A DNA stretch of 64,000 nucleotides from Kudoa neothunni (lineage: Eukaryota > Animalia > Cnidaria): NCBI GenBank assembly GCA_964304625.1, contig OZ199839.1, positions 7,072,234-7,136,233 of the forward strand. The letters run 5' to 3'. Below are positions 12,759-27,714 of the stretch, in pieces (position 1 is the first letter of the stretch; each line of letters opens with the position of its first letter). Below the pieces are notes generated by a model that was not told the origin of the DNA, did no database searches, and saw nothing but the letters and a program-made list of their open reading frames with translations. The position numbers and the translations under genes are program-made.

Positions 12759-13853
12759 TTTCAATTAACTCAGTTAAATATTTGGAACAAACTATATTAT
12801 TTTTTACTAGTTTATAATTTTATAATTAAATATATAAATATTTTGAATATATTTACCAGAAACTATCGATTTTACTTGAAATTTTGCTGGTTTAATACTC
12901 GATATAACCTGAAGTTAATCAAGAAGAAAAACATAAATTGATGAAAATAAGTCATATGTTAACTCTATCAATCAATTTAAATATGAAATCAATTATAAAT
13001 TATACGATAACTACGGAAAAAATTTAAAGAGATTAAATTAGATCATATAAATAATTTGTAAATCTATTTTTGACGATAATTAGATCATATAGATATTCTG
13101 AACTAAGATTTGAGTGTAATATTGCAATTAAACGTAAATTAGTTTAATTTTTATACGTTTTTGTAAACCCCTGTAGATCTAAATATTTTATTACCAGCTT
13201 ATTAAGGATAAAATTAAGGATCATTAATTTTTTGAGATTTATTTGTCAGACACAATTATGGGTGGTAAATATTTGCGCCGTCTTTTGATTTGAGGGTGAT
13301 TGTGACTATTAATCTTTCCTGTACGAACTCAGCTAAAATCACGTCCTGTCCGAGGTAGGGTCACCGAGTGAGCCCAGTAGAAAGTTACCTTAACCAATTT
13401 TTCATTTTTCCAAACATAAATTTCATCACATTTGAAACATTGATAAACCCAGGAATGTTCCATTTAAAGAAGCTTTTAACTCATGTGGTATAGAAAATGC
13501 GAATATTTATGAGTGAGGGCATCAAATAACCAAGCAAAGTTATGACCATTAAAATTAAAGAAAATTAAACATTAAAAAGAATATATAGCAGTTAACTTAA
13601 ATATTATACGTTACTTCTGAAAAATGGATATTTAATGTTATCACTAAAACTCGTAATACTACTGCGCCAAGCACAAAACATTCGTTTATGTTGGGTGAAC
13701 GGAGATTACGTAACTCAACTTCGAGATTTTCTAATAAACCTTACTACTAAGCGTTCTAATGATGAATTCATAAAAGTATACAAATTTTTTACTATACCGC
13801 ATACTTAAGTTGCATTCTTCGTTTTCTCCGATTGTTGTTACCCCTTGTTTGAA

Positions 13854-16432
13854 GGCACCGGCTATTGCTACGGATCCGTTTAATCCGCATGCAGGGGATG
13901 TCTATTGCTACGGGAGGGAATAACTCCAAATCTATAGACTCACATAAAGTTTGAAATTTATATTTGTAATCAATGATTTTTGGCCTAATATAATTAACTG
14001 TTTTGCATAAAATTTGAGCTAATGATAAATACAACATTATTGTAAGGAATTTTGATTTCAAAATAGCTTTAACTCACCTTTAAACGTTTAATAAAATTAA
14101 TGTGCAAAATTTTTCGCGTAAAATTAGTTAATAAGGAGAATTCTCAAATGAAATAAATAATTTAGGCTTCTTTTAATATGAGCGTGCGACAAGAAACGTT
14201 TTTAATTTTGTGGCAACTGCTCACTTATTTTAGATGGGCGGCATATTTATATAATCTGAAAATTTAACACAGTTAGAGAGTAAATTATTAGTTTACGAAA
14301 AGTATCAAACGCATGAGTTAGAAATATTATATTAGACTGATTGTGATACAATTTTTGTGCTCAAATAAAACTTTTTTTAATAAACAATTAGTAATTTAAA
14401 TAGTTAATATATTATTTTGTTCATATGTTTTTTTCTAGAAAAAGAAATGACTGTTAGCCTACGTTCTTTAGGCCATCCGATTGCTTTCGCTCTCAATGGG
14501 AATGATAGCTCTAACTAATATTCGGTAACATTTTAATGATTTTATTTCAAATATCAGTTGTTATTTCGTATTATTTTGGACTAACTTCCTTTGAAATATT
14601 TGTATTACACAAAGTTTCTTGGTAAAAAATGGGTATTTGAAGAGGCAATTCTCAAATATTCCCTTACTTTATGTTCTCAACCGTAAGAACGATACATAAT
14701 TTTTCATTCCAAGTAGGGAAGAATTCTAAAATTTATGTCAAGAAGCCATCAATGTCTGCTTGAATTTTTTCATACAAAATGCACGCATAAGTTATGCGAA
14801 ATTTTCAAATAGGATTGTTAGCAACAGTTAAATACAAGGGTGCACTAATAAGAGTACCCATTGTGGAATTTACCTAAAATATTTGATTTTACAACCACTG
14901 AGAGTTCGAAAGTTTATGTATTGCTTTCGTTAACACAAATTTTCGACAAAATTGAAGAGTAAGTCGCATTAGGTGATCAACCAAAAATAATCAAGTAACA
15001 ACATTATTTTCATCTTTTTAGTTTTAACATCACAATTAAAATTGTGAGTTGACATACTGATAGTTGTAAATACATCCATGTTGGTTATTCCTCTCGTTTT
15101 CACATTGTGTCGGGATTTCACTGTGATATTTTTACTCGTTTCATAGCATAACATTTGTTGTATACGATTTTTATTAGATCGAAGTGATCTTAATTCAAAA
15201 AGATGATTATCTGAGAAATCGACTTTTTGTTGATGAGGTAGAAATTTGTATATCGAAGCGTTACAAAGACGATTGTGTATCTCATTTAAAAATATGATTA
15301 TGAAAAATTTTCCATATCGTTATTAACTCAAAAAGTAATTCTAGAAAGGCAGTCACCTCTATATGTTGACAATTTTTGTTATTTTTAAGCTTTCTTTTTC
15401 ATGTAGAGTCGAAAAGAATACAAAAGTTATTTTGTAGTAAATTAATGCTTTATTAAAATATTTTAGAATTTTATATTGGGAATTTTGTTGTTCGCTATTC
15501 CCTCATTTTTAATTTGTAGGAAAAAAGATGTTCATAACGATTAATATGACTTTTTAATGAGTTATATAAGTCAACATTCAATCCAGGAGAGGATTCCATC
15601 GTACAAATGACGCTACAATGAATACTTTGATTCCCACACAGGTTACTGTAATCGAGAATACAAAACGTGTTTCTTTCTATTGTGGACATTAATTTCAGAC
15701 AACGCATTACCGTAAAATTTAAGTTTTTTAAAATTTGTATGTTATTAAAACTAATAATTTATCTATATTTGTAACAATAACATTTCAGAAGATAGAATTA
15801 TGCTCACCGCTATTTAAGTGCACACAGTAAGCTTTTATATTGGTTTTAACTATAAAATTAAACATTACTTTAAATATATTTACTTAATTCACTACACAGA
15901 ATGCTCTAATCGTTTTCTATGAATAGCGGTAATACTTAATATACTTTGTAGATATGTAATAATACATATACAAATAATTTATAAATCAAATATATATATA
16001 TATATATATAACAAATATAATTAAAAATTTTATAAAAACCTAGTTAAGCATATTTTAACTGATTACATTAGCTGCACCAGATTAAACATACCAGGTACAT
16101 TCAGAGGTAATAGGGTGGACGTTTTATACATAAAACACAACGTCTGGTATTTGCTCTTTTAATTAAAGAAACCTTTACTAGTATGAAATTAAAATATTTA
16201 TTTAACACAATTTATAACAAAACATAAAAAACGAAATTTATAGTCACAATATTAGAAATTTCAATAGCTCAAATTTTATCCAAAACAGTTAATTATGTTA
16301 GGCCAAAATTCATTGATTACACGTATAAATCTCAAATTTTATGTGAGTTTGTAGATTTGGAGTTATACCCTCCCGTAGCAATAGGCAACCCCTGCATGCG
16401 GATAAAACGGATCCGTAACGATAGCCACTGCC
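13854..16432. mobile_element. Long-TIR DNA transposon remnant (~170-bp imperfect TIRs starting GGCA(C/G)(C/T)GGCTAT)
   Basis: 13854-14020 is the reverse complement of ~16266-16432. The interior holds only decayed ORF pieces. The termini resemble those of 59873-63796. Confidence 0.75.
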
Positions 16433-16544
16433 TAAACAAACTTTTGGGTTCACAAGTGCGGCTTATACACGAGGATTTACGTTACTTATCGTCGGGCAAT
16501 TGCAAACAGCTTTTATTATTTGAAAATCGAAATTTTCTACAGCA

Positions 16545-17150
16545 TATTACAACATAAATTTCAGAAAAATCCTGAGAAAATTATCCAATTAGTCTATTTA
16601 CGCGTCTTTCTATAACTAATTAACCTATTATTTTTATTATTAATATTTTAACGCAGGGAGAAATAATAAAATTAAAAAAAGTATGCACTTGAATTTGTCT
16701 GATTACTTCAAATAATATTGTAATTTCATTTTCGATAATTTCCTTCATGATAAATTAGAAATTTTACAATTGATCTCTATACAACAAATATTCGATATAA
16801 AATTCACTTTCATGAATATTATTGTCAGCTAAAAGGAAATTACAATCATAAAATTTAATCTTTTAAATTTTAAAGAGTTACCTTCCAGTGCATTTTCCTG
16901 AATTTAATTATTTCAACGGCATTTTATATGGGGTTTTCTTCGTATTAAAATTAAAGAACGTTTAATATTACAAGAGAATTCTTTTTAATGGATAACATTT
17001 AATGAAAATGTATGCATAACTATTTATTGATGTAAAATGTTGATTCAACAAAATTTTTAAACTAGAAAAACTATCTATACATTCATTAGTCTAATTTAAA
17101 GGTTTAAAAAATGTTATGCATATCAACAAATGAGAGGTATTTTGTATAAT
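16545..17150. repeat. Dispersed repeat, copy of 4580-5175
   Basis: Collinear similarity to 4580-5175. Confidence 0.6.
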
Positions 17151-20100
17151 ACAATAGGTAAACGGTAGTACGTAATTCCCCGGGACTTAAAAAATTGCGC
17201 ACTATAGATGAGGACCAGGGCGCCCAATGAAATTATCGGAAAATAGCCAAGTTTAAACTCTTAAAAATCCCAAGGTCGCAAAGAAAACATAATAATACTA
17301 TTATAATAACAAACATTTTTTTTTAAACGCGCCTTCTAATTATTATCGTCAATTGAATCGTCTTCATCAACTTCACAACCTCCAGCTAACCAGTAACAAG
17401 TTTGATCTATTTCTCAAGCGTTCAAAGTATTGTTGGCTCGCGACACCGCTGTACACATCATGTATTAGTTCACTAGTGCTAATGCCTAGATTTGCTTGGT
17501 ACTGTGTGATGGTAAATTTTAACTTTTAGTTTTATTTTTTAATGGAGAAATTCTACGTAAGATTTAATTTAATTGGCATGTTAAACTCCGTAAATTTTAT
17601 TTTTCTATTAAAATTTATGCATTTTAAAGCTTTTCATTATTTTTTCAGTGTGGTGATTTAGACAAACAAATGTATGCTCATATTTTCAATTCAAATATAG
17701 ATCGAGATATTGAGAGAAAGTTTTAAGTATTTTAAAGTATATTTTACAAATTACTGACCAAAAATATAATGACCTTAATTTTATGAGCAATTTAATTAAC
17801 AATTAAAGTTCATTTATTTACTAAACAAAATTATTAACTTATATAGGAGTTTCAGTTCTTTTCAAAATTTTGCGATAAAAATTAATCCTTCTGATTATTA
17901 AATGTAATATTAATCTACAAACTATATGAAAAAAATAAAAACAACCTAAGATGTGTCAGAAATAAAAATATTAATTGTTACTCCTTGTTTGAAATTTTAT
18001 AAAGGATATTAAGGAGGTTTCAAAAATCTGTGAGTGGTAACTTACGTATTCATTATTTTAACATAATTTCCCGATTTTTCAATAAATAAAACCTTTCTTT
18101 GTAACATATATACTTATTGGTTCAAAAATATACAAATTTAATTATCAAAATACGACTAAATCTATAATATAAATAAGTTTTTGGTTGGAAAAATCACATT
18201 AATGTTTAAATATCAACTGATTTTATCAAAGGAGTGTAGCCTTTTAAAAATAAACTTATTTTTAGATTGCCCTAAAAGCATTTCTTCGTATTGAACTATT
18301 CTTAGATTAACGAAAACTTTGTGAAAATATTGGTTAGATCGAATGAAGCAATAATTTCTTATTAACTTACATGTCACGTAATGAGATTGAGAGGGGACTG
18401 TATTTTATGGAAAAGTAATCGTGAATCTAAATTCTTCAAATACGTATAGAATGCGGTGCCACATATTTTCATGCAGCTTTTATATCATAATGAATTATTT
18501 TTATCGAAAAGAAAATTATATATTGATTCGAATATTAACCCTAAGGTCTGGAGTAGTGAATAATTAGGTTACTAAGAACTTAAATATTATTTAGAAAATT
18601 ATCTCATCAAATATAGAAACTTATCGAATGATGATGCCGGCTGTTTTACAAGAAAGTTTAGCAAAACCAAAAAATAAGTAAAAACTTTTCGTAAAAATAA
18701 ATATGGTTTCAATCTCAATCGATATATTTGATAAAAAGTAATTTTCACATCTCAGGAATTCCAACAGAGAATAATTTTCATTTAATAAGTTATCACAAAA
18801 ATTTAATTATTTGAAAACTCTACACACATCTTATATCATTTTTAGAATTCTTATAGAATCACCAAATTATTCTTTGTCGGCAACGACTTATAATCTCAAA
18901 TTATGTGTTTTAAAATAATCATGTCTATTTCCTTTTAATGCATCTTTAATATTTTGAAAGTGAATCTATAACTTAAAAAATTGTTATATGCCACTAATTT
19001 TAAATGGAATGCAAAAAATATCTTGTAAATGTAACGTTTATAATTTTATTCGTCTTAAAATTACTCCAAACAGGCATATGTAGAATTTTTAAAACATTCT
19101 ATATCAACAATAACAGATTTTCTTTCTATATAATGGGTGAAAGTTCATTCTAATCGACTATCGCTCCGAAGTAAACAAACATCAATATTATGCGGCAGTG
19201 TCTATTGGCCCCAAAAAATTGTTTTTATCTATTTAAGGGATTCTTTTTAAATTTTAATGTCAGAAAATTATAAAAATAGATTATATATTAATTAAAAAAA
19301 ATAAAAGATGATGGTCTTCAGCAACCTGTGATATAAGGCGCTACTTAAGAAAAACCAAACCTCATAATTCTTGTAATTTAATGCAGTAAATACTCTATCT
19401 TCTTTATAAACTTGTTTAAAATTTCAATTAAATTTTTTTGTGATTTTTTATTACTAGGAAATGTATTCATTTCACGTATTGTGCAATAATAATTTTCTGG
19501 TATGATGTATCCGTGTTATATTAATTGAAAAATGAATTCAATTATTTAATCATGTCATTTGGTGTTTTAAATATTTTTGAATTGTTTTGACTCGTATATA
19601 TGATTGTCGTTAACCCAAAACTCCAAATGGTGTCAAACGTCCGACATAGATATTTTTATAATATCGATGTAAAATCACTCAATTTAAGTATATGCTGTAA
19701 ATATTATTTTCTATTTTAAAATGAACCCAATTTATTGATTTATATCTTATTTAATGCCACTTGATCAGGGCACTTCACATAATCCCTTATTTAGACTTTG
19801 TATACAAACTGAAATTTGACGATATTAGTTGAAATTTAATGTTCTCAATTAAAATATTAAAATTTGATTATCCACTACAAAAATTTTATTCATATTTGAA
19901 ATATTATTCTCAACATTTAAGTATATAATTTTTTATTGGTAATTTTATTCAAAAAATGTTGGACTTGGACTTTTTTTCACCAAGCCGTGCATCACACAGA
20001 TGTTCCCAAGAATTCTACTACATGACTATGACTATATTGAATTTTGAAAAAAATTATTGAACGCATTTGATAAAAAAATCATTTTAAATCGTTGTAACAT

Positions 20101-20204
20101 AAATTCCATCTTATGGATTTGTAAAATACATATTCACGATCGTATCAGATGTATCTAAATAGCATATGAATTAAAACGGAAACTTTTTTATCATAATTTC
20201 CCTT

Positions 20205-23009
20205 ACACTCATTTTTTTGATTTACAATTCATGAAACTCCAATATTTTGACGATGGGATCATTTTAATCCGTTGACATTTAAAATGGCCCCATTGAAGAC
20301 ATGTCGCAGCCTATGGACTCATGGTTTTTAAAAGTTTCTTTGCATACAGAACATCTGTAGTCAGTAGCTTTCTTCTGAGATATTATTGTTTGTATGTTAA
20401 ATAGAGAACCTTTAGAAAAGTAGGGAAAGATTTGATCAATATTAATTCTTAGGTCAAGGACGGCATCACTTACCTTACCAGAAAAAACCTCGACTTCATT
20501 TTCGTCGATAACTGCTCCGCCCCTCAATACTCTAACAGCTACCTTCTTATCAACCAACCAACAAAGCATTTCTAATAATTGTTAAAAATAGAAAAAATGT
20601 ATTTTAATTATTATAAAGTTTTAGTTTCTCTGTTAGATTTAAAAATGACTGGGGAAATATATTTGAACGTTTTAAACCAATCACTGTATTTGATGTACCA
20701 TTTGGGTAACCTGTGCATTTTATTCTTGAGGTTAAAACTAATTCTAATAATGCCAACTCAAACACGTCATAGAAATAACTTACCTGAAACTTTTTTTGGT
20801 TTCAAGACAACATGGCGACGAGTTCTCATTATTATATGATTGCTTATTGTGAGAATAATAATTACAATTTGATATGCATTTTACTTTGTCAGATTTTTGG
20901 TTCTCTCTTGAGTTTCACAATATACATAATTTATTTCAAATTTTTAATAAGAAAAATACTTGAAGGTTCTATTATAATTGTATTTTCAGTCGGTGCATTT
21001 AATATTTGGTCTCTAGAACATGTATCATCAATCTTTTCAATTCGAATTTTTTCGTCATTTTTAACGAATTTAACTTATTTTCATAATTCTTTGATCCAAT
21101 ATTCATAATCAGAACCAGTTTTTTTCTGAAATCTTGCGACTACTTCTTTAATCAATTTAGTAGCTTCATTAAGTTTTGAATGTTCTGAATAGACAGTAAT
21201 TTTTGGTAATGAATTTTAATAATCAAACCATTCCCGGATGAACTTTTATTTGTTTCATAAACATTCACCACTTCAGAATTTTCAACAAAATACTCCCTTG
21301 TCCATCTCTTCAAGCACAAACATTTATCAAAAAGAGGAAGGTTGCGTTGTTTCCGCATGGAGAAAACGTGACGACATGGCAGTTCCATGCTAAGACGGAA
21401 AGCACAATTGCGTTTCTCAGTAGTTGCCTCTATAAAATTATGCATCGAGGATTCGTAGTTTTATACATTTTGTGTGGGCATAAATTGATCAAATTCTTCC
21501 AAAACTTTTTTATATGAGTATAGCGTTAAATATTTGAAATAAATAAACATAATTTCGTTTATTTCGCGTCGAGGAGTTTTAAGAAGTTCCATAGCGTCTT
21601 TAGAATCCTTCTCCATTCTTGATCCTTCCAAATAAATTAAGTACATTTTCATAAATTCTTCAAAGCAAGAATAAAGAGGGATGATTTTCTTCACTTTTGA
21701 GTTGATACATTCAACCCGGTTATTGGTGAGGTTTTCAAAAATCCCCTCATAGCTACGAAGCCTGTGACCCATTCGTGTTTGATAGGGTCCCGGTTGTTGG
21801 TGAAATATCGATAAATATTTTCGCCAACGCTTTCTTTCAGGGCTTTTTTCTCTCTCATTGTATTCATTTATATTTTTCGAGTAGGAATTTTTCTGTAAAA
21901 TTTCAATGGCCAGATCTTTCTCCTGTTTGCTACTATTCATTCGCTTGGTTTTAATTTCTCGGCCGAATGATTTCAACACATGATATAAACGTATGTGGAG
22001 ACTGGAATTAGGAAATACTTGTTTTATAACTTTCTTTTCCACAGTTTCTTTATCAATCAAGAATACTTCGGTTTTTATTTCCATTGTTGGATTGTGCTTC
22101 TTCATTGTTTGAAGGAACTAAGAAAAAACTTCTTCGGTCTCCTCAACCAACACTCCAACTGCGACTACCTCAGTAGTTCCTCTAGCATTCATAATGGCGG
22201 AAAAATATACCGGGCAGTGAAATTTAACAGTTTATATGGGGCATCCATAAAAATTATTTCTGGATATGTCTGAAATATTTTATTCAGTTGTGAGTCTTGA
22301 AAAAATAGACTCTTGAACTCATTATTGTTTTCCAATATCTCTATACATCTTCCTTTTTTATTTAAATTTTTTAAAAATTCCAGGCTCTTTGTATGTGATT
22401 TAAAAGAGCACTTCATGTTGGACAGTTTTTTAAGCGAAAGAAACTTCCCTTTCCTCGTAATATTTTTTGTTTGATTACTTTGGAATTTCCGTTAACTTGG
22501 ACAGATTGAGCGACAAGATCACTTTCATCCTTTGATATTTTGATTCAACTATGCAAAAATTGTGGTAAAAAGTTCATAGAATCATGGTTATGGGATAAAT
22601 CAAAAGATTTTAACACGAGCTTTTTTTCCACCGACGGGGACTGAAAATTTCAGAAACATTGGGCATGCTTTGCAGTAAGAATTCAAATTTCTTTTACCAG
22701 CAGATCGCATTCTCTAAAATAATGACAATATATTTGCGAATTTTATTGCATATACAAAATTTAATTAAATATTTGAAGAAATTACGTTTTTCAGCTATAA
22801 ACACCACAGTATTTTATATGATAATGCCTAAGTATTGGATTTAACGTTTTATCACATCGCTTCTGGGCTGTTTCGATAGTTCTAGAGTCATATATGGATA
22901 AATTGCTCGTGGATTTTTGCTCGTATTCTTCTATTTTCAGATTTAATTCTTCAAAATTGCTAAAAGTATTTCTTATTTCAAAAATCATATTAAGTTCAGT
23001 CAAGCTCAT
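20205..23009 (-). mobile_element. Degenerate MULE/ZSWIM3-like transposase with SWIM and C-terminal PHD-like finger
   Basis: YPEIIFMDAPYKL, VFLIDKE, LYHVLKSF, TNNRVECINSKVK; SWIM-like NCAFRLSMELPCRHVF; PHD-like CSVC...IGCD; several frameshifts. Confidence 0.85.
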
Positions 23010-23559
23010 TTCGTGAGCACGCGCGTAGGATTAAATCAAAATTTTTCTTTGACTGTAACCTAGTATCTTTTAATATAACAACTCCATACTTTATGTTTTT
23101 GGTGATGCTATGAAGTCTGATATTTTTTAGAATAATTTTGTATTATAACATTAAGGGATGATTACAATAAAATCAATGCAAGTTCCAATAAAATTAAAAC
23201 TATTACAAGAAAAACTTTAATTAATTAAATGATTAAAAGTTAAATTATAACTAAAAATTTTCATGTGATTGAACAAATAAATAACTCATTAACTCAATAA
23301 ATAGATTTTGTACAGGCCATTTAGTCGAAACCATATTACATTATACAGTATATGTTTATCTGATATGTTCCGACAAAAAAATTAAGTAAAGAATTGCAAG
23401 TTGTTTTATATCAGAAAACACAGATTTACTACAATAAAAAGCTCAAAAATTAAATAAAACTATTTGTTGGGCTAATAGACACTTCCATATTATTCAGGTA
23501 CTTTTTAATCTGCTATTTGAGTTGGCAACCAGAAAATTCCTTATTTCTGACTTTGGTAT

Positions 23560-23715
23560 TGATTATATTTATACTTCTAAGTAAACGAACGATTTTTATT
23601 AATGGTATCATCTATTCAAATGCAAATTAAAAGCTGTTTTTAAAAAAAAGTTTCTCCATGGCACATGCTTACTGCTGCAAACACACACTGACAGACATAA
23701 GAATTTTATTTATAG
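23560..23715 (-). mobile_element. Probable Helitron-like 5' end fragment
   Basis: The reverse complement TCTATAAATAAAATTCTTATGTCTGTCAGTGTGTGTTTGCAGCAGTAAGCATGTGCC resembles the element start at 40640-40705. Confidence 0.45.
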
Positions 23716-24178
23716 ACAGACTATTGATTTTGTGTGAAAAATTATATACTTTTTTTTTATAAATATGGTTTTGATCATTTTAAGGTTAGGAAGGAAAATG
23801 AAAGGACTATAAAAATTACCGACGCGGAATTGAGTGTGATTAATAGCCACAGTGTTTATGGCTTTCCCATAATCTTCCAAGTCAATAAAATTTAGAACAA
23901 ATAATTCTTGTATAAATCAAAATAAATTAGATGAGATCGAGTAAATTTTCTGATGCATGTTGAAGGAGATAAGCGTGTTGGAATTGCCTTGAGGATTAAA
24001 TTAATGTGTACTAGATATGACGTCACTTTTTAGCTATTAAACTTTATGTGAATTAGAAACTTTTTAACCTGTGCGACAAAATTAATTTATCTCAGAACAA
24101 CCATGTTATGTTTTAAAATAGTACTAAATTTTAGGTATGTCTACGAATATAAACGGTAAGGACGATTTTTCCTATAAT

Positions 24179-25699
24179 CTAAACGGTTTGTGGGAGAGCT
24201 GCCTCCGGAGCTTTTTCTTGTTGTTCCTCTTGTTGTTCTTCTTCAGGAGGCGTATCAACTGTGACGGAAGATGAGGTTTCTGTATCTGTAGAGGTGGTAC
24301 TCTCTTCGCTTGAAGAGGTTGATTCAGGAGCATTTTCAACCTCAATTCTGCCAAAATAATGATCATTAAATGAGCAAAATATTAAAAATTACTTGGGAGC
24401 CTTTTCTAACGGTGTGTTCTCTCCAGAGCATACGGCCAAACACTTTTCGTTGGATTCAAAATTATTATTGTTTCCCCCAATTCCTCTGTATAAGAATTGT
24501 TTGCAGGTTTTAGTTTGACCCTCAAAGAAGTATCTCACCAAACGAAGGTTTCCATGACCTTGATGCGGTTTCAGTTTGCATAAATCTCTAACTGGCATGT
24601 AAGCGTGTGGTGAGCTACCATTTGGTTCTCTCGCTAAGTTAAATCGTCCAAAAAGTTAGATTTTAAGACAGTTGTATTTACCTGTTGGGCATGATCCAGC
24701 ACATTCGTCATATGACTCAAAAACATTCGCATCTTCAGCGACTGGGCAATCTTGTGTCAAAAATTGATGGCAGGTTTTGGAATAGGCGTTATAAAAATAT
24801 TTAGTGGTTACTGACTTCCCACACGTTGGTTGAGATATTCTTTTCTCACATTTTGGATTAGCAGTCGCTGGATCGTCTTTTGAAAGTTTTATTTCTTATT
24901 GATCAAAAAACAAAAATTACTGAAACATGTGTCGACACATTGTTTTAAGGAAGAAAATACACCCCTTGTTTGATCTTCATCAACAACTACCTGCTTGCAT
25001 ATACGATTGAATGTGTCGGCAAAAATTTTGATTTGTTGGGCTTTGGAAGAGGTTATATTTGGTATAGAACCGCAATCCGAACGGTTTGGTCTAGTATTTC
25101 CATTCACTATAAAAAATTATTAGTCAAACAATAATATAAACTACATCCTCCAGCTTCTTCACATTGTCTTCTAGTATCAAAAATATTATTTCCAACTCCA
25201 CAGCCATTGTATTCAAATTCTTCACACGAATAAGTGGTTACACTAGAAGCTACTGTTTTTTTAAAGTAATATTTCTTGACTGCTGTTCCAGTGCATGTAG
25301 ACGACGGGGCATTGCTTGGATTAGTATCGGTTTTTTTTTTTACGCTTTCCACCTCATTCAGGATTTCATCGGAAGTTTTATGCTCTACGGTATGTGTAAA
25401 AAGTATCAAGCATTATAGTAATACTATGATCGTTGCATTCTTTTAACGATTTAAAGTTATTAAAATCCATTCCTTTCCCTTTGTAGTTAAATTTTTTGCA
25501 TTCTCCGGTGGTTAGAATAATTCTATATCTTTCTACTTCGGGGAAATGTTCCCTTAAAGGTGTATTTTGAGTTGATAAATCAGCATACGAGTCAAGGTCC
25601 TTTTCTATATGAGTTACAACATTGTTTTCAAGAAAATAAATTACCAAGAGAACATATAGAAAAAAACAGAGCATAAGTTGTCAAATATATGATATTCAT
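24179..25699 (-). CDS. Five-Kunitz-domain protein, subtype A copy A2
   Basis: Paralog of A1 with the same exon structure and open spliced frame; tail ends EEEQQEEQQEKAPEAALPQTV*. Confidence 0.9.
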
Positions 25700-26168
25700 T
25701 GGAAGTTAAAATAGTAAATATCTTAAGAGTACTTATAAAAATATTAATAGAGACAATTAAGTTAAGATTTTGTAATAAACAGATCGGAAATAGACTTTAT
25801 TTAATACAAATTCATTTAAAGTCTTTTCGTCGTTAAGCTCGTGCCCTATTGAATTAATGCAGAGGAATGTATAGAGTCAAATCTTATTAAAGAAATAAAA
25901 ATTAATAAAATAATGAAAAACAATTTGCCGTGTTAGAATGAATGGAAATCTAGTTGTATTCTGATTTTTCTATTAAATTGATATTGGATTCTACTAGGAA
26001 TTTATTGTTTTAAATTAAAGTATTCGGAATAAAAGAGATATAACTTAGCCAACAATGAAAGCTAAAATAATAAATCAGCGAACACAATATGTAATCAAAT
26101 TATCTGAGTATTATCAAAATATATTCGATTAAGAAATAACATTATTATTAGTTTTCTTTAGAGGTTTT

Positions 26169-27714
26169 TCATGAAGCTTCATCAGTTTTTTCTTCTTCTG
26201 AAATTTTGTTATCCATTGAGTCTATTTTTTCATTTTGTTCAGGTTCACCAGCTACTGCAGGTGTTTCAGTTGAGGAGACGTCGGTGCTGGTAGTTTCAGT
26301 AGCAATTGTAGTAGTGGAATCGACAGAGTCATCAACGGGTGGGTCTCTCACACTATTAATAATGTTATATTGAGAATGAATATGAACAAATATACGATGG
26401 AGGTTTGGAGATTTCAGCACTTTTACCAGAACATACACCCATGCATTCATCACTGGTTATAAATCTATTATCATTCCCTCCAATTCCTCGGTATATAAAC
26501 GGCATACACGTCTTTGTGTGACGATCAAAATAATATCTGGCTAAAAATAAGTGCCCAACACCTTCACTTCTGCCAAGTCTGCAGATGTCATCAGCTTTTT
26601 TGTACTTAATACCATCTTCCTCATCTGGAGGTAAACCTAACGACCATTTGTTGATGAAGGGTATTAACTATGGAAAATTACCTGTGTGGGTGGGACATGA
26701 ACCAACACAGTCGTCTAATGTTTCAAACGTATTTGCATTGTCTGGATGCTTACAATCTTCCGTTTCATAAACCTCACAGACCTTGGATGATTTTTTGTAA
26801 AAATATCTTTGGACAATCTTTCTGTCACATTTCATTTGTGAAATCCCTGAGTTGCATTTAGGGTTTATGTCGGCAGGAGCACCTTAATCATTACCAATTA
26901 TTTTCATAATGTTACATCCATATATTACTTAAACAAATTTGGGTACATTGTTGCACTGAATCGAAAACTCCCATAGTTTCGTCCTCATTTACCACGGCGT
27001 GTACGCACTTATGGGTTGTCATATCAGCAACAACCTTGATAACTTTATGTGAGTTAACTGCTAGCTCTGGATGGATACCGCAATGAAAACGATTTTTAAC
27101 ACCATCAACAACCGCTATTTTAAAATTCACTTCAATTAAAAATAATTCAGAAAGATACCAATTTTTGCTTGTTGGCATTCTGACACAGAATCGAAAAAAT
27201 TCTGTCCACCTCCACATCCCTTGTATTGGAGAGTATCACAGGAATAAGAAGTCGTAGAACTAGTACTTTCCACAGTTTTTTTGAGGTAGTATTTATTTAC
27301 GGCTACTCCATTACACAATGTTGAAGGATTAGGACTTGGGCTTGTTTCTGTTGCTTTTTTAACATCAGTAACTGCCTTAAACACATCATCTTTTTCCTTT
27401 TTTTCTTAATGGTGTTATCAAAGAAAGCTGAATAATATTACTATGTTTTTCACATTCTTCTAGTGATTTAAAATTATTGAAGTCCATTCCTTTCCCATTA
27501 TAGGTGAATTCCTCACATGTTCCTGTAGCATGTACAATTTTGTACCTTTTCACGCTGAACCCAGATCGTATATTTGTATTCTTAGTGCTTACATCGGCAT
27601 ATGACCCAAGATCTTTTTCTATGAAATATATATGACCAACTTCAACGCTAAATAATTACCAAATGAGCAGATGGTTAGAAGCAAAGCATAAGTTGTCCAA
27701 TATAAGGCATTCAT
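26169..27714 (-). CDS. Five-Kunitz-domain protein, subtype B copy B2
   Basis: Starts MNALYWTTYALLLTICSF; same 7 exons as B1; tail ends KISEEEKTDEAS*. Confidence 0.9.

Noticed and set aside
13310-13390. GC-rich island as a possible tRNA or structured ncRNA
   Set aside because: No cloverleaf, A/B boxes or recognisable snRNA motif found by eye.
17160-19300. Possible decayed coding sequence on the minus strand
   Set aside because: Too many stops and no motif I could assign confidently.
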